Assembly (NCBI GenBank): GCA_037445065.1
Contig: JBBILD010000019.1
Coordinates: forward strand, 1-64,000
DNA: 64,000 bases
Reading direction: 5' to 3'
Origin: Myxococcales bacterium
Lineage (GTDB): Bacteria > Desulfobacterota > Binatia > HRBIN30
Part shown: in pieces, positions 58,392-64,000 of the stretch
How positions within the stretch are numbered: position 1 is the stretch's first letter
How the letters are laid out: the number at the start of each line of letters is the position of its first letter
Program-made: the position numbers and the translations under genes
Notes under the pieces: generated by a model
Told to the model about the DNA's origin: nothing
What the model saw: the letters and a program-made list of their open reading frames with translations, nothing else
Databases searched by the model: none

Positions 58392-59690
58392 ATGTCAAGT
58401 AAATCAACGGTGAGCGTCCGCCCTGAATCGTGGCTGTGGGTGGTGATCTGCCCCTGCGCGATGGTTTTGGCCTCGGCTCCCGCCGTAGCCCAATTGGCAC
58501 CTGAACGATCCTGGGAACCGATTGAACTTGCGGGCGAGGTCCTGCCTCGACTCCTCCGTTGCCCTGTGGAGCGGGTCGAAGCGCTGGCATGCAGAGGCGC
58601 TAAGTGCACGCCCATTCCGATTCAGGTTGACGAGCAGGACCCGGGTGGGCGGTGGGTGCTCGATGTAGGCAGCGAAGGGGCGCAGGATGAAGAACCCGGG
58701 CTGCTGGATCGTACCGATCGCATCGTGCTCCTTGCTGGGTCGCTCGGGGCGCCGCCTTCGACGCCCGCGTCACCGCGGGAGGGGATCCGGGTGGTAGCGC
58801 TCGATCCGGTGGACGGGCAGCGCGGAGAGGCGGTAGTGCGCTGTGGTGGTGCAGCGGAGCCCGCCCCCAGAATCGCGCCACCCTATGACCCGGTGTCGGG
58901 ACGGGTCTGGCTTCGTCGTGCGCAAGTGCGGTTCGCGCAGGGGTTGCCGCGAGCGCTCGCGTTGAACGAACCGGAAAATGTACTGGATCGCCTGAAAGTC
59001 CGGGCGCAAGCGACCTGGCTTTGGGGCCTACTGCGTCTCACGCGCGACGAGGAGGACCTCGAAAGCTCCCTACTCGGCTGGCGGGCCGGTCCCCTGCGCG
59101 TACTGCGCGTGCAAGCACAGTGGGTTCGACTGGGGTATGGGTTACGTACCCCGATTCTCCGTTCGTACGCCGCGTTCTATCCCGACGCCGTGGTGTTGCC
59201 GCTTGCTTTCCGGCTGCGCTTCCCAGCTGCCTTCTTTTTTTCCAGCGTCCGCGTAGAAGTGTACGCGGACTTCCGGGATCTGCGCGGATGGCAAGTGATG
59301 TTGCCGAATGGGCGTAGCGCCGTTGTTGATGGACGCATGGACGGGCTCGACCTGGCACTGAATGGGCAAGAGGTGCGGGAGTTCGCCTTGGTGGGGCCGG
59401 CCGCCGCTCTGCTCGCCTCGGTCGGTTTGAGCCCTTCTCTTGCTTCACTGCGGCAGACCTTACTCTACCGCGACGGGTTCGGCTTCAGGCATCCGCCAGA
59501 GGAAGTCCCCGGAGAGCTACCTGGGATCGGTTTCGAGTTTACCAACTGGCAATCCGTGGGCAGTGGGACGCATGGCGCGCGGGCGGTACTTGTGGTTTTC
59601 CCCAATGATGCGAGTGTTGGCCGCGCTTTGCAAACGTTGCGCGTCCCGCTCGAGGTTCAGGTCCAACCCATCCCTTCGCCCTCGCCCTAA
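58392..59690 (+). CDS. Hypothetical secreted protein
   Basis: Long ORF filling the gap between the two DUF1302 genes; signal-peptide-like region, PIPIQVDE, NVLDRLKVR. Start uncertain. Confidence 0.7.
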   Translation: MSSKSTVSVRPESWLWVVICPCAMVLASAPAVAQLAPERSWEPIELAGEVLPRLLRCPVERVEALACRGAKCTPIPIQVDEQDPGGRWVLDVGSEGAQDEEPGLLDRTDRIVLLAGSLGAPPSTPASPREGIRVVALDPVDGQRGEAVVRCGGAAEPAPRIAPPYDPVSGRVWLRRAQVRFAQGLPRALALNEPENVLDRLKVRAQATWLWGLLRLTRDEEDLESSLLGWRAGPLRVLRVQAQWVRLGYGLRTPILRSYAAFYPDAVVLPLAFRLRFPAAFFFSSVRVEVYADFRDLRGWQVMLPNGRSAVVDGRMDGLDLALNGQEVREFALVGPAAALLASVGLSPSLASLRQTLLYRDGFGFRHPPEEVPGELPGIGFEFTNWQSVGSGTHGARAVLVVFPNDASVGRALQTLRVPLEVQVQPIPSPSP

Positions 59691-61525
59691 ATGGTGTACT
59701 CCAGGCGAAACTGAATGTTGTCGCGATCCTTGAGCAAGCTGATCCCGCTTCCGCCTTTGAGACGATGCGCATCGAGGATGCTGTAGTCGACTGAGAAACG
59801 AAATGGGTCGCGCAGGAAGGTCAGCCCTGGCTGGTACACCAGCGCTCCGCCCCAATCGTAGAACAAAGCGAAGACGGGAACGATGCGGCCACTGTAATAG
59901 GTGGTACTGAGCGCTAGCGTTTGCAGGACCGAGGTGCGCGGCTGGCTTACGAAAACCGGTTGGAGCGGCACTCCGAGCCGCGGAAGTAAGGTGTCAATCA
60001 CGGGAAGGACCTCGCGGTCCGGGTTGGGCGTACCGTCGGGCTGGTACACACGGCTCCCAGCAGCGTCGAGGATGTGCTTGAAAAACACCTGAGTCGTTAG
60101 GAAGAAGGTGGCCCCGGGGTTAACGGCTCGGAGCCAAAAGTTCGCGTCCCACCCCAGTACGGCATTCACCGAGTCGCGCAAGCGGCGGCCCCCGGTCGTG
60201 CCTCGTTCGCCGAACAGAAAGGGGTCGAGCTGGTGTTGGGTATACGCAGGCTCATCTTTGAAGTACGCAACCTCGGCACGCAGTACGCTGTACCAGTCAG
60301 GCAAGGCGAAGGTTGCCGTGCTTCCGAAGACTTGCACGGGTGGTGCGGTCAGTACGGCGCGCACTGGGCTGCCACAATTGTTACGGGTCGGGTCATTTCC
60401 GCGGAAGGGGAAGCGGGGGTCGAGCGGGCAGGGCTTCCCGTCGTCGAACGCCTCGGTGGGCAGGCCGCGCACAGTGAAGACCTGCGCCGCAGGCGTATCG
60501 AAGTAGGTCGAAAGGTAGGCCACGCTTAAGGTGGCATCGCGGTAGTTGAAGACGAAGCGGACCCCACCGCGCCCGTCGCGCAGGGTGCGACTCGGTAAGA
60601 TGGAGATGGTGCGCGTCTCCGTTCTCGGCGCCCCCTGCGAGGGGAGAGACCAGGGAGAGCCAAAGGGAATTCCTGGGGAGAATCCGACCCGCTTGTCGAG
60701 TGCGAAGTAGCCCTCGACAAACGCCTCGGTTAGCGGCCCCACCTGGCCCACGTGGTACTGCACGCGTAGCATGTCCAAGGGGACGCGCCGTTCGTCCAAG
60801 GGAATGAGAAAACCTCCAAAACTGGCGTCGAGTGGGTTGATGTGGTCGAGAAGCTGAAAGGCATCCGACTCTCCCCATGAGAGCACCTGCCGGCCGAGGC
60901 GAACGAACAGCGGGCCGCTGGCCCCCTCTACGTATGCTTGGAACAGTCGTTCCCGGTGCGAAGCCCGCCGGCGGAGAACGCGTCGGGCCGTCACGATGTC
61001 CGGCGCGGTTTGGTTCACGGCTACCAGTGGCAGCCGTAGCAAAGGCTCGAGGGCCTGCGCGGTGGAGTACTCTTTCGGTCCCCAGTCGTAAATGCCGTCG
61101 TATTCTCCTCGGAAGGTTAGATGGTATCCCAAGCCACGGAGCCCAAACGGCAGCGTGTTGAGAAGGTCGAGCGGACCCACCCCCTCGCGCACGAGTTGAT
61201 CGAGCCGGTGGTCGTATTCCGCCTCGAGGAAGAATCGATTCTGGCGGAGGTGGCCGGCAGCTGAAAAGGGAAAGGTGCCCAGCGAGTGGGTGACCACCCG
61301 GCCCGCGACTCGATCCGGCACCCCGAGATGCGTGTTTTCCGTCCCTACCCGCGCGTTCACGTACGTGCGGAGCCCCAGCTTCATGGTCCCCGATGAGTCG
61401 AGCGGGATGGCCTGCGTGGCCCGCACCACGGCACACATCGCGGCGACGCACACCACCACGGTCCACAGTCGAGCACCCAATGTGGATATCGAAAACATCT
61501 GCGGCCGTGAGTGACTCCCATCCAT
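59687..61525 (-). CDS. DUF1302-family outer-membrane protein, paralog of 56274..58283
   Basis: Shares RTYVNAR.GTE, SAAGHLRQNR, GGFLIPLDERRVPLDMLR and YDWGGA; ends QFRLEYTI. Confidence 0.78.
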   Translation of the reverse strand: MDGSHSRPQMFSISTLGARLWTVVVCVAAMCAVVRATQAIPLDSSGTMKLGLRTYVNARVGTENTHLGVPDRVAGRVVTHSLGTFPFSAAGHLRQNRFFLEAEYDHRLDQLVREGVGPLDLLNTLPFGLRGLGYHLTFRGEYDGIYDWGPKEYSTAQALEPLLRLPLVAVNQTAPDIVTARRVLRRRASHRERLFQAYVEGASGPLFVRLGRQVLSWGESDAFQLLDHINPLDASFGGFLIPLDERRVPLDMLRVQYHVGQVGPLTEAFVEGYFALDKRVGFSPGIPFGSPWSLPSQGAPRTETRTISILPSRTLRDGRGGVRFVFNYRDATLSVAYLSTYFDTPAAQVFTVRGLPTEAFDDGKPCPLDPRFPFRGNDPTRNNCGSPVRAVLTAPPVQVFGSTATFALPDWYSVLRAEVAYFKDEPAYTQHQLDPFLFGERGTTGGRRLRDSVNAVLGWDANFWLRAVNPGATFFLTTQVFFKHILDAAGSRVYQPDGTPNPDREVLPVIDTLLPRLGVPLQPVFVSQPRTSVLQTLALSTTYYSGRIVPVFALFYDWGGALVYQPGLTFLRDPFRFSVDYSILDAHRLKGGSGISLLKDRDNIQFRLEYTI

Positions 61526-61685
61526 GGAGTGGTCCTCCCCTCGCCTCCGAAATGTGTGCCGGCTCCGCTTACGAGCCTGTTGCCAGCCCTGTCAAGCAGC
61601 GGGAAGACCCATGTGTGGGACGGTGTAGCTTTTAGACTAACTCTATTGACAGTACAAGAGTTTTTTTTGCACTATCGTTCTTGCT

Positions 61686-63212
61686 ATGTTAGCCAATGTT
61701 TTTTCCGCGGCCGTACACGGCGTGGATGCGATCCTGGTGGAGGTCGAAGTAGACGTGGCTCCCGGTTTGCCCCGTCTGGACATCGTGGGGTTGGCCGAAG
61801 GTCCTGTGCGGGAGAGCAAGGAGCGGGTGCGGGCTGCGCTGAAAAACTGCGGGTTCCCCCTGCCGAACAAGCGCCTGATGGTAAACCTGGCTCCGGCGGA
61901 TTTAAAAAAGGAGGGCGCCGCGTACGATCTCCCGATCGCGATCGGAGTGTTGGCCGCGCTCGAGTGGATTCCCCCGGATCCGTTGAAAGAGTACGTGTTT
62001 CTCGGGGAACTGTCCTTGGACGGCCGCGTCAAGCCCATCCGTGGTGCCCTGCCCATCGCCGCCGCTGCCCGCCGCAAGGGCTTCCGCGGACTGGTCCTAC
62101 CGCGGGAAAACGCTGCCGAGGCCGGTGTGGTCGAGGGGATCCTCTCGCTCCCGGCAGGCTCCTTGTGCGAGGCCACCGGTTTTCTGCGCGGCGAGTTGGA
62201 GGTGAAGCCGCTGCGCGTGGACCTCAAGGCAGTGTTCACCGACGAAAGCAACTACGACGTGGACTTCAGCGAAGTGCGTGGCCAGCAGCACGTCAAGCGC
62301 GCGCTCGAAGTGGCCGCTGCCGGAGGACACAATGTCTTGATGGTGGGTCCGCCGGGCTCGGGAAAAACCATGCTGGCCAAGCGCATCCCTACGATTCTGC
62401 CGGCCCTGACGTTAGCCGAAGCGCTCGAGACCTCGCGCGTGCACAGTGTGGTGGGCTTGCTCGACGGCCGTGCCCTGATCACGCGGCGTCCGTTCCGCGC
62501 GCCGCACCACACCATCAGCGACGCCGGGTTGATCGGCGGCGGCACGATTCCCCGGCCCGGAGAAGTGAGCCTCGCTCACAATGGCGTGTTGTTTCTCGAC
62601 GAGTTGCCCGAGTTTCGCAAGAACGTGCTCGAAGTGCTGCGCCAACCACTGGAAGAACAGCGCATTACGATCTCGCGCGTCATGGGTTCGATTACCTACC
62701 CGGCGCGCTGCATGCTCGTCGCGGCAATGAATCCCTGCCCGTGCGGCTTTTTAGGAGATCCGACCAAGGATTGCTCTTGCACGCCGCTGCAGGTGCAGCG
62801 CTACCGGTCGCGCCTGTCTGGCCCCTTGCTGGATCGGATTGACATCCACGTGGAGGTGCCTCCTGTTCGCTTTTCCGAACTCGCACAAGCGGATCTCGGC
62901 GAGCCCTCGAGCGCGATCCGCGCTCGCGTGGACCGCGCCCGGCGCGTGCAGTTGGAGCGCTTCGGTGGCCGTCGCCTCTACTGCAATGCGCAGATGAGTA
63001 CTCGGGACTTGGGCCGCTACTGCCGGCTCGACAGCGCCGGGGAGAAACTGCTCGAAGCGGCCATGCTGCGCCTGGGGCTCAGCGCCCGCGCTTATTCGCG
63101 CGTGCTCAAGGTTGCGCGCACGGTGGCGGACTTGGATGGGGAAGCATCCATTCGCCCGCAGCACGTGGCGGAGGCGGTGCAGTACCGTTCCCTCGACCGG
63201 CCGGTCGGTTGA
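61686..63212 (+). CDS. comM: ComM/YifB Mg-chelatase-like AAA+ ATPase
   Basis: [57 protein letters not shown]. Confidence 0.93.
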   Translation: MLANVFSAAVHGVDAILVEVEVDVAPGLPRLDIVGLAEGPVRESKERVRAALKNCGFPLPNKRLMVNLAPADLKKEGAAYDLPIAIGVLAALEWIPPDPLKEYVFLGELSLDGRVKPIRGALPIAAAARRKGFRGLVLPRENAAEAGVVEGILSLPAGSLCEATGFLRGELEVKPLRVDLKAVFTDESNYDVDFSEVRGQQHVKRALEVAAAGGHNVLMVGPPGSGKTMLAKRIPTILPALTLAEALETSRVHSVVGLLDGRALITRRPFRAPHHTISDAGLIGGGTIPRPGEVSLAHNGVLFLDELPEFRKNVLEVLRQPLEEQRITISRVMGSITYPARCMLVAAMNPCPCGFLGDPTKDCSCTPLQVQRYRSRLSGPLLDRIDIHVEVPPVRFSELAQADLGEPSSAIRARVDRARRVQLERFGGRRLYCNAQMSTRDLGRYCRLDSAGEKLLEAAMLRLGLSARAYSRVLKVARTVADLDGEASIRPQHVAEAVQYRSLDRPVG

Positions 63213-63223
63213 CGACGATTCAG

Positions 63224-64000
63224 ATGGAGCCACGCGGACTCAAGATTTGTTCGCCTTCGGAGTGGCGCTGGTGGCTTGCGCTGCGCGCCGTGCGAGGAGT
63301 GGGTCCGGTGGTCTACCGAGCCTTGCTGCACGCGTTTGGTGAGCCCCGAGCCGTGTTCGAGCTGAGTCGCTCCGAACTCGAATGCGCGGGCCTGCGGCCG
63401 GAACTCGCGCAGGAGTTTCAGCACTACAGCGAGTGGGCCAAGGTAGACGAGGAGGTGAGCCGAATCCAACGTGCGGGCGCAATCCTGATTACGTGGAACG
63501 ATGTGCGGTATCCGGCCCTTTTGCGCCAGATTCATGACCCACCGCCGTTCTTGTACGTGATGGGGGAACTACGTCCGAGCGACGACTTGGCAGTGGCTGT
63601 GGTCGGTTCGCGCCGGCCCACGGCGTACGGGCTGCGCATGGCTCGGGCGCTCACTACCGAGCTGGTCGACTACGGTTTCACCATTGTAAGTGGGCTTGCA
63701 CGCGGAATCGATGCGGCAGCGCACTGGGCGGCCATCAAGAAAGGAGGACGCACCTTCGCGGTGCTGGGGAGCGGACTGGACGTAATTTACCCGGCTGAGC
63801 ACGCGGCACTGTTTCGCCACATCGCCCAACAAGGAGCTGTCCTCAGTGAGCTTCCGTTTGGCGCCAAGCCGGACGCGGAGAACTTCCCCGTGCGCAACCG
63901 CATCATCAGCGGCCTTGCGCTCGGTACGTTGGTGATCGAAGCCGCCGAGAAGAGCGGTTCGTTGATTACTGCTTACTGCGCCACAGAGCAGGGTAGGGAA
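63224..64000 (+). CDS. dprA: DNA-processing protein DprA, truncated by the window end (absent from the ORF track)
   Basis: Manual translation: YPALLRQIHDPPPFLY, AVVGSR, SGLARGIDAAAH, FPVRNRIISGL, EAAEKSGSLITA. Confidence 0.95.
   Translation, partial: MEPRGLKICSPSEWRWWLALRAVRGVGPVVYRALLHAFGEPRAVFELSRSELECAGLRPELAQEFQHYSEWAKVDEEVSRIQRAGAILITWNDVRYPALLRQIHDPPPFLYVMGELRPSDDLAVAVVGSRRPTAYGLRMARALTTELVDYGFTIVSGLARGIDAAAHWAAIKKGGRTFAVLGSGLDVIYPAEHAALFRHIAQQGAVLSELPFGAKPDAENFPVRNRIISGLALGTLVIEAAEKSGSLITAYCATEQGRE

Overview
GC-rich bacterial chromosomal window, densely coding, with no transposase, integrase, phage gene, rRNA or CRISPR array seen. The Cys-rich/dockerin-like secreted proteins, DUF1302/DUF1329/MMPL module and Myxococcota-like signalling genes suggest a deltaproteobacterial-type lineage such as Candidatus Binatia (inference only). 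In order: heterodimeric ABC exporter; ABC-2-type pair; two paralogous Cys-rich secreted proteins flanking tRNA-Met(CAT); LMF-family membrane protein; LLM monooxygenase; recO; grpE-dnaK-dnaJ plus an LpoA-like lipoprotein; a 13.6-kb, 7-gene minus-strand Pil-Chp-type chemosensory operon (CheW-DUF4388 fusion, two response regulators, CheW, MCP, 3xHpt CheA, 1387-aa coiled-coil/pseudo-receiver protein) behind a sigma54-type promoter; thiL-larB; LamG protein; clade II nos cluster (cyt c-nosZ-nosB-nosL-nosD-nosF-nosY); OmpA; beta-helix/PKD protein; PaaI thioesterase; opgG; AOR; two small proteins; DUF1302-YCF48-MMPL-DUF1329 module with a second DUF1302; comM-dprA (truncated). The best candidates for new biology are the chemosensory operon architecture, a shared ~130-aa C-terminal domain on unrelated secreted proteins, twin non-canonical sigma54-like motifs in the nos cluster, and an IF1-like helix fused to a zinc ribbon. 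All family calls come from motifs read by eye; no searches were run.
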